DNA of 64,000 nucleotides from Escherichia coli (GTDB lineage Bacteria; Pseudomonadota; Gammaproteobacteria; Enterobacterales; Enterobacteriaceae): NCBI RefSeq assembly GCF_003334785.1, contig NZ_QOWV01000002.1; one strand, 5' to 3'. Shown piece by piece: positions 44,336 to 57,660 of this stretch (position 1 is its first letter; each line of letters starts with the position of its first letter). The notes under the pieces were generated by a model. It saw only the letters and a program-made list of their open reading frames with translations, ran no database searches and was not told where the DNA came from. The position numbers and the translations under genes were made by a program.

Positions 44336-45343
44336 ATGAGTCTGGATATCAACCAGATTGCTCTGCACCAGCTTATCAAGCGTGATGAGCAGAACCTTGA
44401 GCTGGTGTTGCGCGATTCATTGCTGGAACCGACAGAAACCGTCGTTGAGATGGTGGCAGAACTGCATCGGGTCTATAGCGCCAAAAATAAAGCTTACGGC
44501 TTGTTTAGCGAAGAGAGTGAACTGGCGCAGACGCTGCGCTTACAGCGTCAGGGCGAAGAGGACTTCCTGGCATTTAGCCGCGCGGCAACCGGCCGCCTGC
44601 GTGACGAATTAGCGAAATATCCTTTTGCTGACGGTGGATTCGTGCTGTTTTGCCACTATCGCTATCTGGCGGTGGAGTATTTGCTGGTGGCAGTTCTGAG
44701 CAACCTGAGCAGTATGCGCGTTAACGAAAATCTCGACATCAACCCAACCCATTATCTTGATATCAATCATGCGGATATTGTTGCGCGTATCGATTTAACC
44801 GAATGGGAAACCAATCCAGAGTCCACCCGCTATCTCACTTTCCTGAAAGGGCGAGTAGGGCGCAAAGTGGCGGATTTCTTTATGGATTTCCTCGGGGCCA
44901 GCGAAGGGTTAAACGCGAAAGCGCAAAACCGTGGGCTGTTGCAAGCGGTTGATGATTTCACTGCCGAAGCACAACTGGATAAAGCAGAGCGACAGAACGT
45001 GCGCCAGCAGGTTTATAGCTACTGTAATGAGCAGCTGCAGGCAGGCGAAGAGATCGAACTGAAATCGCTGTCGAAAGAGCTGGCAGGCGTAAGCGAAGTG
45101 AGCTTCACGGAGTTTGCGGCTGAAAAAGGCTACGAACTGGAAGAGAGCTTCCCGGCAGACCGTAGCACACTGCGTCAGTTGACGAAGTTTGCCGGTAGCG
45201 GCGGTGGCTTGACTATTAACTTTGATGCGATGCTGTTAGGTGAACGCATCTTCTGGGATCCAGCAACCGATACCTTGACCATTAAAGGCACGCCGCCGAA
45301 TTTGCGCGACCAATTGCAGCGCCGGACGTCTGGCGGCAATTAA
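44336..45343 (+). CDS. yejK: Nucleoid-associated protein YejK (NdpA)
   Basis: 335-aa [23 protein letters not shown]... Confidence 0.92.
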   Translation: MSLDINQIALHQLIKRDEQNLELVLRDSLLEPTETVVEMVAELHRVYSAKNKAYGLFSEESELAQTLRLQRQGEEDFLAFSRAATGRLRDELAKYPFADGGFVLFCHYRYLAVEYLLVAVLSNLSSMRVNENLDINPTHYLDINHADIVARIDLTEWETNPESTRYLTFLKGRVGRKVADFFMDFLGASEGLNAKAQNRGLLQAVDDFTAEAQLDKAERQNVRQQVYSYCNEQLQAGEEIELKSLSKELAGVSEVSFTEFAAEKGYELEESFPADRSTLRQLTKFAGSGGGLTINFDAMLLGERIFWDPATDTLTIKGTPPNLRDQLQRRTSGGN

Positions 45344-45361
45344 TCGGTTTTGTGTTCTGAA

Positions 45362-45396
45362 TGCCAGATGCGGCGTGAACGCCTTATCTGGCCTGC
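45362..45396. repeat. Single REP element
   Basis: tgccagatgcggcgtgaacgccttatctggcctgc. Confidence 0.8.
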
Positions 45397-45436
45397 AAAA
45401 AATAGCAATACCGTAATCAGGCATAATCTGCAGATA

Positions 45437-45468
45437 CAAAAAACCCCGCCGGAGCGGGGTTTTTTACA
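45437..45468. terminator. Bidirectional intrinsic terminator between yejK and rplY
   Basis: A6-ccccgccggagcgggg-T6. Confidence 0.8.
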
Positions 45469-45481
45469 ACTTATTCAGCAA

Positions 45482-45874
<393 letters not shown>

Positions 45875-45890
45875 TCAATCAAAACTACCA

Positions 45891-47651
45891 TTAACCGCGT
45901 AATTCGTGCGCCAGACGAAAACGACCTTCGTAATCGAACACTTTTTCACGCACCTGCCAGTACTGGCCTTTCATGCGGGCGACGACAAAATCCGGGTGTC
46001 GCAATAAGGCTTGCTGGGCGAGGATATCGGCGGCGGTGATCCAGCGCAGCGGGATGCCCGGTGTGCGCGTATGCGGGCGGATAAAAAGCTGCTCGAAGGC
46101 GGTACGCTGGGCAGGTGTTTGCAGACGGAAACGCTCACTCACATCCGCGCCGTCTTCATCGTAATAGGTGATTTTCAACCATTCGCCTTTCTCGTCGTGC
46201 CCATGTTGCAAAGACATGCCGCTACAGCGTAATACCAGCGCGTCTTTCAGTCGTAGCGCCGCTTTTAACATATCGTCCGGATCAACCAGTACGGTGTCAC
46301 ATTCGCGGCAGCGGCGGGCGGCAATATCGTTTTCCGCGTTACATTGCGGGCAATTTTTAAAACGGAAACGGAAGTCACATTGTTCGCGATGACCGTCGTC
46401 ATCTTCAAACCATCCCTGACAGCGACGACCAAAGTGTTCAATCAATGTCCCGTCGGCGGTCGTTTTCCCCCAAAAGGTGTTGGCAAAACCGCAGGCAGGG
46501 CAGAAAACCTGTACCGGAACGTTGTCACTTTTGCCTTTTGGTGTACCAACTTCCGGCGCGTAGAGATCGTGAGGATTACCCGCATAATCAAGAATTAAGC
46601 AATCAGTCTTGCCCGGAGCGAGACGCAGACCGCGCCCGACAATTTGTTGGTAAAGACTCACTGATTCGGTAGGGCGCAGAATGGCGATAAGATCGACGTG
46701 CGGGGCGTCAAATCCGGTGGTCAGTACCGCGACGTTGACCAGATAGCGAAAACGCTGGGCTTTAAAATTTTCAATTAACACATCGCGCTCAGCGCCGGGG
46801 GTGTCGCCAGTAATCAGTGCTGCATCTTCGGCAGGCAGTAATCCCACAATCTCTTTTGCGTGTTCAACCGTCGCGGCAAAAATCATCACCCCTTTGCGCA
46901 TTGCAGCAAACTCCATAATCTGGCTGATGATGTGCGGGGTAATACGTTGTTGTTTTTTCAGCTCACGGTTGAGATCGGCTTCGCTGAACAGCCCGTTACT
47001 CTGTGCCTGCAAGCGGCTGAAATCGTATTGCACTACTGGCATATCCAGTCGTTCTGGCGGCGTCAGATAGCCGTGTTTAATCATATAACGCAGCGGCAGC
47101 TCATAAATGCAGTCACGGAAAAGGGCTTTCTCATCGCCGCGTACCATGCCGTGATAATGAAACTGGTAGATCCAGCCTTTGCCCAATCGAAAAGGCGTGG
47201 CAGTCAGCCCCAGCAGGCGTAAGTGGGGATTCACTTTTGTCAGGTGAGTGAGGATTTGCTGATACTGGCTCTCTTCATCGTCACCAATACGGTGACATTC
47301 ATCGACAATCAACAGCGAAAATTCACCCTGAAAGGCATCAAGATTACGGGCGACAGACTGCACGCTGCCAAATACCACTTTACCGTGGCTCTCTTTGCGC
47401 TTTAGCCCGGCGGCAAAAATATCGGCTTCCAGCCCCAGCGCCTGATACTTTGCATGGTTTTGCGCCACCAGTTCTTTAACGTGTGCCAGCACCAGCACGC
47501 GACCACGAGCCAGCCGTGCCAGTTCCGCTATCACCAGGCTTTTACCTGCGCCGGTGGGCAGCACGATAACGGCAGGGGTTTTATGACGACGAAAATGGTT
47601 GAGCGTGGCATCCACGGCTTCTTGCTGATATGGGCGAAGTGTAAAAATCAT
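45891..47651 (-). CDS. radD: Superfamily-2 ATP-dependent DNA repair helicase RadD (YejH)
   Basis: 586-aa ORF; Walker A PTGAGKS, DECH box, C-terminal zinc-finger Cys cluster. Confidence 0.92.
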   Translation of the reverse strand: MIFTLRPYQQEAVDATLNHFRRHKTPAVIVLPTGAGKSLVIAELARLARGRVLVLAHVKELVAQNHAKYQALGLEADIFAAGLKRKESHGKVVFGSVQSVARNLDAFQGEFSLLIVDECHRIGDDEESQYQQILTHLTKVNPHLRLLGLTATPFRLGKGWIYQFHYHGMVRGDEKALFRDCIYELPLRYMIKHGYLTPPERLDMPVVQYDFSRLQAQSNGLFSEADLNRELKKQQRITPHIISQIMEFAAMRKGVMIFAATVEHAKEIVGLLPAEDAALITGDTPGAERDVLIENFKAQRFRYLVNVAVLTTGFDAPHVDLIAILRPTESVSLYQQIVGRGLRLAPGKTDCLILDYAGNPHDLYAPEVGTPKGKSDNVPVQVFCPACGFANTFWGKTTADGTLIEHFGRRCQGWFEDDDGHREQCDFRFRFKNCPQCNAENDIAARRCRECDTVLVDPDDMLKAALRLKDALVLRCSGMSLQHGHDEKGEWLKITYYDEDGADVSERFRLQTPAQRTAFEQLFIRPHTRTPGIPLRWITAADILAQQALLRHPDFVVARMKGQYWQVREKVFDYEGRFRLAHELRG

Positions 47652-47799
47652 GGTCTCGCGTAGGTAGATTATTCTGCTAATAGTATGCCATGGATCTTTT
47701 TCCCTTGAGGGATGTTATTAGACCGCTATACTGGGCAGACAACAGTTCAGATTTTCGGGTCAATGCCCGACCTCCGTTTTTACAGGCAAAATCACACAC

Positions 47800-48495
47800 A
47801 TGCGACTTGATAAATTTATCGCACAGCAACTCGGCGTTAGCCGTGCTATTGCCGGGCGTGAAATCCGCGGCAATCGTGTCACCGTCGATGGCGAAATCGT
47901 CCGTAATGCAGCGTTCAAACTGCTTCCTGAACATGATGTCGCTTACGATGGCAACCCGCTGGCGCAGCAACACGGTCCACGTTACTTCATGCTCAATAAG
48001 CCTCAGGGCTATGTTTGCTCCACGGACGACCCTGATCACCCAACGGTGCTCTATTTTCTTGATGAACCGGTAGCGTGGAAACTGCATGCGGCGGGGCGGT
48101 TGGATATTGATACCACCGGTCTGGTGCTGATGACTGATGATGGTCAGTGGTCGCACCGCATTACTTCTCCGCGCCATCATTGCGAGAAGACCTATCTGGT
48201 GACACTGGAATCACCTGTAGCTGACGATACGGCAGAGCAATTTGCTAAAGGCGTGCAGCTGCATAACGAAAAAGATCTCACTAAGCCTGCGGTGCTGGAA
48301 GTGATTACCCCAACGCAGGTTCGTCTGACCATCAGCGAAGGGCGTTATCATCAGGTGAAACGCATGTTCGCCGCCGTGGGTAACCACGTGGTTGAGCTGC
48401 ATCGTGAACGTATTGGCGGTATTACGCTGGATGCTGATTTAGCCCCCGGTGAATATCGTCCGTTAACTGAAGAAGAAATTGCCAGCGTCGTCTAA
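47800..48495 (+). CDS. rsuA: 16S rRNA pseudouridine516 synthase RsuA
   Basis: 231-aa ORF; S4 domain N-terminus, pseudouridine synthase core. Confidence 0.93.
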
Positions 48496-48522
48496 CTTTT
48501 CAATGACTTTCAGGAGCCCGTT

Positions 48523-49713
48523 GTGACCACCCGACAGCATTCGTCGTTTGCTATTGTTTTTATCCTTGGCCTGCTGGCCATGTTGATGCCGCTGTCGATT
48601 GATATGTATCTGCCCGCGCTACCGGTAATTTCAGCGCAGTTTGGCGTACCGGCGGGCAGTACGCAGATGACCCTCAGTACTTATATTCTGGGCTTTGCGT
48701 TGGGGCAGTTAATCTACGGGCCGATGGCAGACAGCTTCGGGCGTAAGCCGGTGGTGCTCGGCGGTACGCTGGTGTTTGCCGCCGCCGCGGTGGCGTGTGC
48801 GTTGGCAAACACCATCGATCAGCTGATTGTGATGCGTTTCTTCCACGGGCTGGCTGCGGCTGCGGCCAGCGTGGTCATTAACGCCCTGATGCGCGATATT
48901 TACCCGAAAGAAGAGTTCTCGCGGATGATGTCGTTTGTCATGCTGGTGACAACCATTGCACCGCTGATGGCACCGATAGTTGGCGGCTGGGTGCTGGTGT
49001 GGCTGAGCTGGCATTACATCTTCTGGATCCTGGCATTAGCGGCGATTCTGGCTTCGGCAATGATTTTCTTCCTGATTAAAGAAACCTTACCACCGGAGCG
49101 TCGTCAGCCATTTCACATTCGTACCACTATTGGTAACTTTGCGGCGCTGTTCCGCCATAAACGTGTCCTGAGCTACATGCTTGCCAGTGGTTTCAGCTTT
49201 GCCGGGATGTTCTCATTCTTAAGCGCCGGACCGTTTGTTTATATTGAAATTAACCACGTCGCGCCGGAAAACTTTGGTTATTACTTTGCGCTAAACATTG
49301 TTTTTCTGTTCGTGATGACCATCTTTAACAGCCGCTTCGTCCGCCGCATTGGCGCGTTAAATATGTTCCGCTCGGGGTTGTGGATACAATTTATTATGGC
49401 AGCGTGGATGGTCATCAGTGCGCTGCTGGGGCTGGGATTTTGGTCGCTGGTGGTTGGCGTTGCGGCGTTTGTGGGCTGCGTGTCGATGGTGTCATCCAAT
49501 GCGATGGCGGTCATTCTTGATGAGTTTCCCCATATGGCGGGAACGGCATCTTCGCTGGCAGGAACCTTCCGTTTTGGCATAGGGGCAATTGTTGGCGCAT
49601 TGCTTTCTCTTGCGACCTTTAACTCTGCATGGCCGATGATTTGGTCAATTGCATTCTGCGCAACCAGCTCCATTCTCTTCTGTCTGTACGCCAGTCGGCC
49701 GAAAAAACGGTGA
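48523..49713 (+). CDS. bcr: MFS efflux transporter Bcr (bicyclomycin/multidrug)
   Basis: 396-aa 12-TM ORF, GTG start. Confidence 0.92.
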
Positions 49714-50045
49714 TCTATTGCACAACGAGGAAGCTAAAAGGCTTCCTTTGTTGATGCATGTCAACCACAAATCTATCATTCCCCCGATATATGTTTATTT
49801 TATGTAAAATCAATTTATGTAAAAAGTCACATCATTGTAGTTAAAAAGGTTGAGTTAGATCGCAGAAACGGGTACATATAGCCCCGCAAACGTGACCACG
49901 CCCGCAGATATTACTTAAATCAGAGCCATAGAGGCCACGCAGGCGAGGCATCAATCTTTACGATCTGTATAAAGACGGATTGTTGATGATGTGTTAAAAT
50001 TGATGTAAACAAATTGTGAAGTGAATGTGCTTCCGGGGAAAATAA

Positions 50046-50390
50046 GTGACTTCATTACAACTCTCAATCGTCCATCGACTGCCGCAGAACTATCGCTGGT
50101 CTGCTGGTTTCGCAGGTTCGAAGGTTGAACCGATTCCGCAAAATGGACCGTGCGGTGACAACAGCCTGGTGGCGCTTAAATTGCTTAGCCCGGATGGTGA
50201 TAATGCATGGTCGGTGATGTATAAACTAAGCCAGGCGTTAAGCGACATCGAAGTTCCATGTTCGGTGCTGGAGTGTGAAGGTGAGCCGTGCCTGTTTGTA
50301 AATCGCCAGGACGAGTTTGCTGCAACATGCCGATTGAAAAATTTTGGTGTGGCAATTGCCGAACCCTTTTCAAACTACAATCCTTTTTAA
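50046..50390 (+). CDS. yejG: YejG, protein of unknown function
   Basis: 114-aa [27 protein letters not shown]... Confidence 0.85.
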
Positions 50391-50393
50391 GCG

Positions 50394-51983
50394 TCAGCTC
50401 AACGCCAGTAGCTGACGCGTATACTCCTGCTGCGGTGTGGCAAACACGCGCGCGCACGGTCCTTGTTCCACTACTTCCCCTTGTCGCAGTATGATAACCT
50501 GATGACATAACGCGCGGACAACGTGCAAATCGTGGCTGATAAACAAATAGGCCAGTTGATGCTTTTGTTGCAATGATTTCAATAGCGTCAATATTTGCGC
50601 CTGTACCGTTTTGTCGAGTGATGATGTCGGTTCATCAAGTATGATCAGCGAGGGCTTAAGAATTAATGCCCTGGCAATCGCAATACGTTGTCGCTGACCA
50701 CCAGAGAACTCCGCCGGATAACGGTGGCGTGTTTCAGGATCTAATCCCACTTCATGCATCACGGCTATCACTTGTTGTTCGCGTTGTGCGGCAGAAAGCG
50801 TCGGCTGGTGAACCCGTAAGCCTTCCTCAATAATCTGCAAAACGTTGAGTCGTGGGTTGAGCGAGGAGTTTGGATCCTGAAATACCACCTGAATGCGATG
50901 ACGAATAGGTAACAGCTGGCGGCGATTTAAATTTTGCAGTGGCTGACCGTCAAAGATGATGCTGCCCTGAGAATTAATCAGTCGCAGCAGCGCCAGTCCC
51001 GTCGTACTTTTCCCGGAACCGGACTCGCCCACTAAACCCAGTGTTTCACCCGCTCGTAGCGTAAAACTGATGTTTTTCACCACCACATTATGATCCACAA
51101 TGCGCTTCAAAATCCCTTTGCGAATGGGGAAGGCAACCTGAAGCTGTTCAACATCCAGCAACGTTGAGGCAGGTTCTGGCAACGGCACTGGATCGCCTGA
51201 CGGTTCACTGTTGAGTAGCTTTTGTGTGTAAGGATGAGTGGGTGATGCAAATAGCGTAGCGGCGTAATTTTGCTCGACACAGCGACCGTTTTGCATTACC
51301 GCCACGCGGTGGGCCAGTTTTCTGACAATGCTGAGGTTATGAGTAATAAACAGCATGCCCATATTCAGCTCGCCTTGCAGTTCGCGCAACAGCTGTAAAA
51401 TCTGCGCCTGGACAGAGACGTCCAGTGCGGTGGTCGGTTCATCGGCAATTAATAATTCCGGTCGCGTTAACAGCGCCATCGCAATCATCACCCGCTGCCG
51501 TTCGCCGCCGGAGAGCTGATGCGGATAATCTGTCAGCCGTTTTGCCGCCTGGCGGATACCAACGCGATCAAGGCAGTTAAGAATTTCGCCACGAGCCGCT
51601 TCCCGACGCATCCCGCGGTGGAGTGAAAGCACTTCATAAAGCTGTTTTTCCAGGGTATGCAATGGATTTAACGACACCATCGGTTCCTGAAAAATCATGG
51701 CGATCTTATTACCGCGTACACCGCGCAACGTTTGATCGCTGGCGTGAAGCAGCGATTCGCCATGAAAACGAATATCGCCGGAGAGATATTCAACCGGCGG
51801 GGAAGGGAGCAGGCGTAAAATTGACAGCGCGGTAACGCTTTTGCCTGAACCTGACTCACCCACCAGCGCCAGCGTTTCGCCAGCCTCAATCTGTAGTGAA
51901 ACATCATTGACTACTGTACGTACGGTTTGCTGATGGCGAAAACCCACCGACAAATTTTCAATCGCTAACAGAGTTTGCGTCAT
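50394..51983 (-). CDS. yejF: ABC peptide importer ATPase YejF (two fused ATPase domains)
   Basis: ORF-track start 52031; ATG at 51983 gives 529 aa (MTQTLLAIENL...); two Walker A motifs (GESGSGKS). Confidence 0.92.
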   Translation of the reverse strand: MTQTLLAIENLSVGFRHQQTVRTVVNDVSLQIEAGETLALVGESGSGKSVTALSILRLLPSPPVEYLSGDIRFHGESLLHASDQTLRGVRGNKIAMIFQEPMVSLNPLHTLEKQLYEVLSLHRGMRREAARGEILNCLDRVGIRQAAKRLTDYPHQLSGGERQRVMIAMALLTRPELLIADEPTTALDVSVQAQILQLLRELQGELNMGMLFITHNLSIVRKLAHRVAVMQNGRCVEQNYAATLFASPTHPYTQKLLNSEPSGDPVPLPEPASTLLDVEQLQVAFPIRKGILKRIVDHNVVVKNISFTLRAGETLGLVGESGSGKSTTGLALLRLINSQGSIIFDGQPLQNLNRRQLLPIRHRIQVVFQDPNSSLNPRLNVLQIIEEGLRVHQPTLSAAQREQQVIAVMHEVGLDPETRHRYPAEFSGGQRQRIAIARALILKPSLIILDEPTSSLDKTVQAQILTLLKSLQQKHQLAYLFISHDLHVVRALCHQVIILRQGEVVEQGPCARVFATPQQEYTRQLLALS

Positions 51984-51984
51984 G

Positions 51985-53010
51985 CTACACCGCCTTATTA
52001 GGATCAAATGCGTCGCGGACGGCTTCACCAATAAAGATCAGCAAAGACAATAATATCGCCACCGACAAGAAGGCGGTGATCCCAAGCCACGGGGCCTGAA
52101 GGTTATTTTTCCCTTGTAACAGCAGTTCACCGAGTGACGGTGAACCGAGCGGTAGACCGAAGCCGAGGAAATCGAGCGAGGTCAGGGTGGTTATCGAACT
52201 ACATAAAATAAACGGTAAAAAGGTGAGGGTCGCGACCATGGCATTAGGCAACATATGACGCAGGATGATACTGCGATCGCTGACGCCAAGCGCCTGTGCC
52301 GCACGAATGTAGTCGAAATTACGAGTACGTAAAAACTCCGCCCGCACCACGCCGACCAGACTCATCCAGCCAAACAAGACAGTAATTGCCAGCAGCCACC
52401 AGAAGTTAGGCTGTACGACGCTGGAAAGTAAAATAATCAAAAACAGCGTCGGCATCCCCGACCATACTTCAATAAAGCGTTGTCCCCAGAGATCGACTTT
52501 ACCGCCGTAATAGCCTTGTAGCGCCCCCGCCAGCACGCCCATCACGCTGGAACAGAGAGTCAGCATCAGGCCAAACAGAACCGAGATCCGCGTGCCATAG
52601 AGAATGCGTGCCAGCACATCGCCGCCGTTGGCATCCGTTCCCAGCCAGTTTTGCCGGGAGGGTGGAGAAGGGAAGGGCTTATCGGTAGCAAAGTTGATAC
52701 TGGTAGCACCAAAGCGAATCGGTGCCCACAGTACCCAGCCGTTATTTTCCAGCCGTTGTTTCAGCCACGGGTCCTGATAATCAGCCTGACTTGCCAGCGG
52801 GCCGCCAAAATCGCTTTCGCTGTAGTTTTTCAATAACGGGAAATACCAACTGCCGTCATAACGCACCAGCAACGGTTTATCGTTGGCGATAAGTTCAGAA
52901 CACAAACTCAAACCAAACAAGACGAGGAAAATCCATAACGACCAGTAGCCGCGACGGTTATGACGAAAACGCGCCCAACGGGCCTGATTGACGGGGCTGA
53001 GTCGCGACAT
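51985..53010 (-). CDS. yejE: ABC peptide importer permease YejE
   Basis: 341-aa membrane ORF. Confidence 0.92.
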   Translation of the reverse strand: MSRLSPVNQARWARFRHNRRGYWSLWIFLVLFGLSLCSELIANDKPLLVRYDGSWYFPLLKNYSESDFGGPLASQADYQDPWLKQRLENNGWVLWAPIRFGATSINFATDKPFPSPPSRQNWLGTDANGGDVLARILYGTRISVLFGLMLTLCSSVMGVLAGALQGYYGGKVDLWGQRFIEVWSGMPTLFLIILLSSVVQPNFWWLLAITVLFGWMSLVGVVRAEFLRTRNFDYIRAAQALGVSDRSIILRHMLPNAMVATLTFLPFILCSSITTLTSLDFLGFGLPLGSPSLGELLLQGKNNLQAPWLGITAFLSVAILLSLLIFIGEAVRDAFDPNKAV

Positions 53011-54104
53011 TAACGTCCCTCAAAATCAATACGCGGATCAACCAGCGTATAGCTGATATCACTGACAATATTCAGCAGCAGGCCAATCAGGGTGAAAATA
53101 TACAAGGTACCAAACATTACAGGATAATCGCGCGAGACGGTCGCTTCGTAGCCCAGTAAGCCCAGACCATTGAGTGAAAACATCACCTCAATCAGCAGCG
53201 AGCCGGTAAAAAACATGCTGATAAACGTCGCCGGAAAACCGGCAATCACCAGCAGCATGGCGTTGCGGAACACATGTTTCCAGAGAATATTTTTTTCACT
53301 TACCCCTTTCGCACGCGCGGTCACCACGTATTGCTTGCGCACTTCATCAAGGAATGAGTTTTTTGTCAGCATGGTCAGCGCCGCAAAGCCACCAATCACT
53401 GTCGCCAGCACCGGCAGCGTGATATGCCACAGATAATCGGTGATTTTCTGATACCACGGCAGCGAATCAAAGTTAGCGGAAACCAGGCCGCGTAGAGGGA
53501 ACAGGTCGAAATAGCTGCCGCCCGCGAAGAAGACAATCAGCAGGATGGCAAACAAAAAGGCCGGAATGGCGTAGCCGATGATGATAAATGCGCTACTCCA
53601 GACGTCAAAGCGGCTCCCATTATAAACAGCTTTGCGAATGCCTAACGGAATCGACACCAGATAGATAATCAGCGTGCTCCACAATCCGAGGGTGATGGAA
53701 ACCGGCAGACTGTCTTTAATCAGCGTCAGCACCGAGGCGCTGCGAAACAGGCTATCGCCAAAATCAAAGCGGATGTAGTCCCAGAGCATTTTGAAGTAAC
53801 GTTCGTGGATCGGCTTATCAAAACCGTAGCGATGAGTGATCTCAGCGATCACTTCTGGATCTAATCCGCGTCCGCCACGGTAATTACTGTCGCTGATATT
53901 GCCGACACCCGTTTGCGCATGGCTGGCACGAACACCTTCACCGCCTGCGCCGGGTAATACTCCGGCATTACCAAACTCAATGGCGGCGATGGCCTGGTCG
54001 ACCGGACCGCCAGGCGCAATTTGCACGATGAAAAAGTTGATGGTGATAATCGCCCATAATGTTGGGATCACCAGCAACAGACGGCGAATCAGGTAAGCGC
54101 CCAT
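53010..54104 (-). CDS. yejB: ABC peptide importer permease YejB
   Basis: 364-aa membrane ORF; 1-bp overlap with yejE start. Confidence 0.92.
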
Positions 54105-55919
54105 CTACTCTCCCTGTTTGCTGGCGGACGGCAGTTTGGCCGCTTTATTGACGTCATACCACCAGGTATCGATACCGAGGCTATAGATGGGGCGCACGGC
54201 CGGCTGGGAGAATTTATCCCACCAGGCGAGACGGTCTTCCGCCATGTACCACATTGGCAGCATGTAATAATTCCACGTTAATACGCGATCCAGTGCTCGC
54301 CCCAACGGCAGTAATTTTTCTTTATTTCCCTGCGCGGCAATAATTTGGTTGATCAGCGAGTCGATAACCGGGCTTTGCACGCCGGGGGCATTATAAGTGG
54401 AATTGATATATTCCGATGACCAGGAAATCTGTAAATCGGAACTGGGCCACGGCATCGCCCGCCATACGCGCGGCATCATGTCATAGTCGCGACTGCGCAT
54501 GCGGTTAGTGATTTGCGAGTTATCCACCTTGCGAATGTCCATGTTGATACCCAGCCGTTGCAGGCTGTGCTGGAACGGCAATACCCACTGACTATTGCTG
54601 CTTGCGGGAAGCAATAATTCAAAGCTGAGTGGCTGACCCGTTGTGGCATTAACGCGTTGCTGACCCTTCAGCACCCAGCCCGCTTCGTTGAGAAGTTTGT
54701 CGGCTTTTAACAGGTTGTCACGATCGTAGCCATCGCCTTTGGATACCGGCGGCTGGTAGATTTGTGTGAAGACTTCTGACGGTAGATCTTTTTTCATTGG
54801 TGCCAGAAGCACCAGCTCCGCGGCGTCGGGGTAATTTCTGGCCGCGTATTCGGTATTCTGAAAATAACTGTTCGTGCGACTCCAGGCATTGTAAAACAAC
54901 GCCTTGTTCATCCATTCAAAGTCAAAGGCGAGAGTGATAGCTTCCCGGACCCGGCGATCGCTGAATACCGGACGTTGGATATTAAACGCCAGCCAACGCG
55001 TATCCTGGGCTGATTCGTTCTTTTGCTCATCTTTGATGATGTATTTTTTATCGAAATTTTTACCGGTATAACGCGTGGCCCAGTTTTTGGCGTCGTTTTC
55101 CATACGCAAATCAAAGGCACCTGCTTTAAACGCTTCAAAGGCGACATTATCATCGAGGTAATAATCGTAGCGAATGGTGTCGAAATTCCAGCGTCCACGG
55201 TTTACCGGTAAGTTTGCTGCCCAGTAATCTTTCACACGGGAATAGACAATATTTTGCCCCATTTTCCAGGACGTAACGCGGTACGGACCACTGGCAAGCG
55301 GAGGCGTGGCGAGCGGGTCGCTAAGTTTGTGATCCTTCCAGTACTTTTCTGGAAATACCGGCAGCGAAAACAGACTCAGCATATCTTCTTTGCCGGGTTT
55401 AGCTAACTCAATGCGCACGGTTAACGGTGCAATGGCTTTGACGGTGGTGCCTTTGTAGACCAGACGAAATTGCGGCACGCCTTCGGTCATAAATTTTTGA
55501 AAAGTAAACTCTACATCGCGGGCAGTAATGGGCGAACCATCATGAAAACGGGCGCGCGGATTAATAGCGACCTCCACCCAGGAATAATCGTCAGCATAGC
55601 GTGCGCTTTCAGCAATCAGCGGGTAATAACTGCCTGGTTCGTCATCGGAAGTCGTAAATAGCGTGTCGTACAGCTGCTCGGTGCGTGCGCCCGGGTTGCC
55701 GCGCAGTGCATAGCGGTTGAAATTATCGAAGGTGCCGAGGGCTGACAACGTTATCTGCCCACCTTTTGGCGCGGCGGGGTTCACATAATCAAAATGGTTG
55801 AAATTAAACGCGTACCGGGGTTCGCCCAGCACGGCAAAGGCATAGCTTTCCTTGATAGCCTGCGCCTGCACACCAAAGGTGAACAGAGCGATAAACAGCA
55901 GCAGTATGCGCACAATCAT
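54105..55919 (-). CDS. yejA: Periplasmic substrate-binding protein YejA (microcin C/oligopeptide uptake)
   Basis: ORF-track TTG start 55925; ATG at 55919 gives 604 aa with signal peptide [21 protein letters not shown]. Confidence 0.92.
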
Positions 55920-56000
55920 CTGCAACGGATTTCCTTTTACTCATCATTAGCCGCAATCCGGCATGCTTTCACTATGAATAATAAGGGACGTAAGCACACC

Positions 56001-57557
56001 TTACCACTGCGGCGTATACGGTTTCTTTAGCCAGCGAACAAAATCGTCCAGCGGTAACGGGCGGCTAATCCAGTAGCCTTGCATGAAATTAACGCCGCGT
56101 TCGCTTAGCCATCGCGCCTGTTCCGGCGTTTCGACCCCTTCAGCAACCGTCAGCATATTGAGGCGTTTCGCCAGCGTCAGCACCGCGTCAAGTACGGGGG
56201 AAGTGATCGTTTCCGTACCGATGGCGTTGATAAATCCACGGTCAATTTTCAGATAATCGAGCGTAAAACGCTCAAGATAGATAAGCGCGCTGTGCCCGGT
56301 GCCGAAGTCATCAATAGCAATTTCTACGCCGACCGAGTGCAGCCAGGCGAAGAGTTGTGTGGCTTCTTGCTCTTTCAACATATCGCGCTCGGTAATTTCC
56401 AGCACAATCTGGAAATGGTGTGCGGGCAGGGAAGTGAGCAGTTTCTGGATATCTGCTTTAAAGCTTTCGCTGTGCAGATGGTCCGGCGCAATGTTAATAC
56501 CAAATTTGACGCCTACCGGCAGCACTTTTTCTAATTCTGCGGCATCGCGGGCAATTAACTCAAACAGGTGCTGAGTCAGCGGCACAATCATCTTTTGCGA
56601 TTCGGCAAAGTTAATGAAGGCATCCGGGGGAATTTCTCCCGCGACAGGATGCCGCCAGCGTAGCAGTACTTCCAGGCCCGTTACTCGCAAAGCTTGTGTA
56701 TCCACCACCGGTTGATACGCCACGTAAAATTGTTCGCGCTTGATGGCGGTCATGATTTCTCTGCCGGGGCGCATACGTACGCTCATCAGGTAATAGCAGA
56801 GCAGGCCAACGACAGTTCCACTCATGCCGCCCAGTAAAAATGCGTACCACACATCGTTCCATGTCCAGTCATCTGCATAAAGCCGAACGGTCAGAGGAAT
56901 GCCCGCAATTTTAGTTTCACGGACTGGCATGTCGGTTAATTCGTTAACGTTCATCAAACGTGAAGAAAAGGTAGATAGCGCAGTATTGCCAATAATGAGG
57001 GCGACGCCATCGTAATCTTCCTGCCGTGAACTATAAAAGAGTGAAGGCGTCAGGTTGAGATTCAGAGCGGCAAAGACGCCGCTATTTTTCAGCAAAGGGT
57101 TGCGATACCAGATGACGATTGCGGGTTTGTTCGGCACCATCGGCGTGCCGGGTAAGATCGCCATATCGACGTTTTTATTAATGTCGAGCGCCGGAATCAA
57201 TTCATTGAGTGGAATGTCCATCTCACCGGTCGCAGATGAACAGAATGTTTTTTTATCTTTCACCAGCACAAACGTTCGGACATTCATGCTAAACGCTGCG
57301 CGGGCGGTCAGTTCGGGGTTAGCTTGCTGGCAGGTATCTAAGGTCAGCGGCTGGAGCCGGTCAGTAGTGGATTTCAGGTCGGCAAAATAGGTATCGAGAT
57401 ACTTTTGTACGTCGGTAATCAGTGTGTCGTATTTGACTTCGTGCTTATGCCAGGCCACTAAAAACTGAAGGCAACTCACCAGTATCGCAATCATTACGCC
57501 TGCAACAATGCAGGTAAGCAGGAGCTTACGTCCAAAATTGGGAGCGCGTATGAACAT
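56001..57557 (-). CDS. rtn: Membrane-anchored EAL-domain c-di-GMP phosphodiesterase Rtn (PdeN)
   Basis: 518-aa ORF; N-terminal TM plus periplasmic sensor domain, C-terminal EAL-type domain. Confidence 0.88.
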   Translation of the reverse strand: MFIRAPNFGRKLLLTCIVAGVMIAILVSCLQFLVAWHKHEVKYDTLITDVQKYLDTYFADLKSTTDRLQPLTLDTCQQANPELTARAAFSMNVRTFVLVKDKKTFCSSATGEMDIPLNELIPALDINKNVDMAILPGTPMVPNKPAIVIWYRNPLLKNSGVFAALNLNLTPSLFYSSRQEDYDGVALIIGNTALSTFSSRLMNVNELTDMPVRETKIAGIPLTVRLYADDWTWNDVWYAFLLGGMSGTVVGLLCYYLMSVRMRPGREIMTAIKREQFYVAYQPVVDTQALRVTGLEVLLRWRHPVAGEIPPDAFINFAESQKMIVPLTQHLFELIARDAAELEKVLPVGVKFGINIAPDHLHSESFKADIQKLLTSLPAHHFQIVLEITERDMLKEQEATQLFAWLHSVGVEIAIDDFGTGHSALIYLERFTLDYLKIDRGFINAIGTETITSPVLDAVLTLAKRLNMLTVAEGVETPEQARWLSERGVNFMQGYWISRPLPLDDFVRWLKKPYTPQW

Positions 57558-57660
57558 GATTCCGTTAATTTCCTGAAATTACGACAACATTTAAAAGATA
57601 ACAATGACCGGACTATAGCCTGGATCAAGACGCGGAAACATCATTTTCTCTGATGAATGA

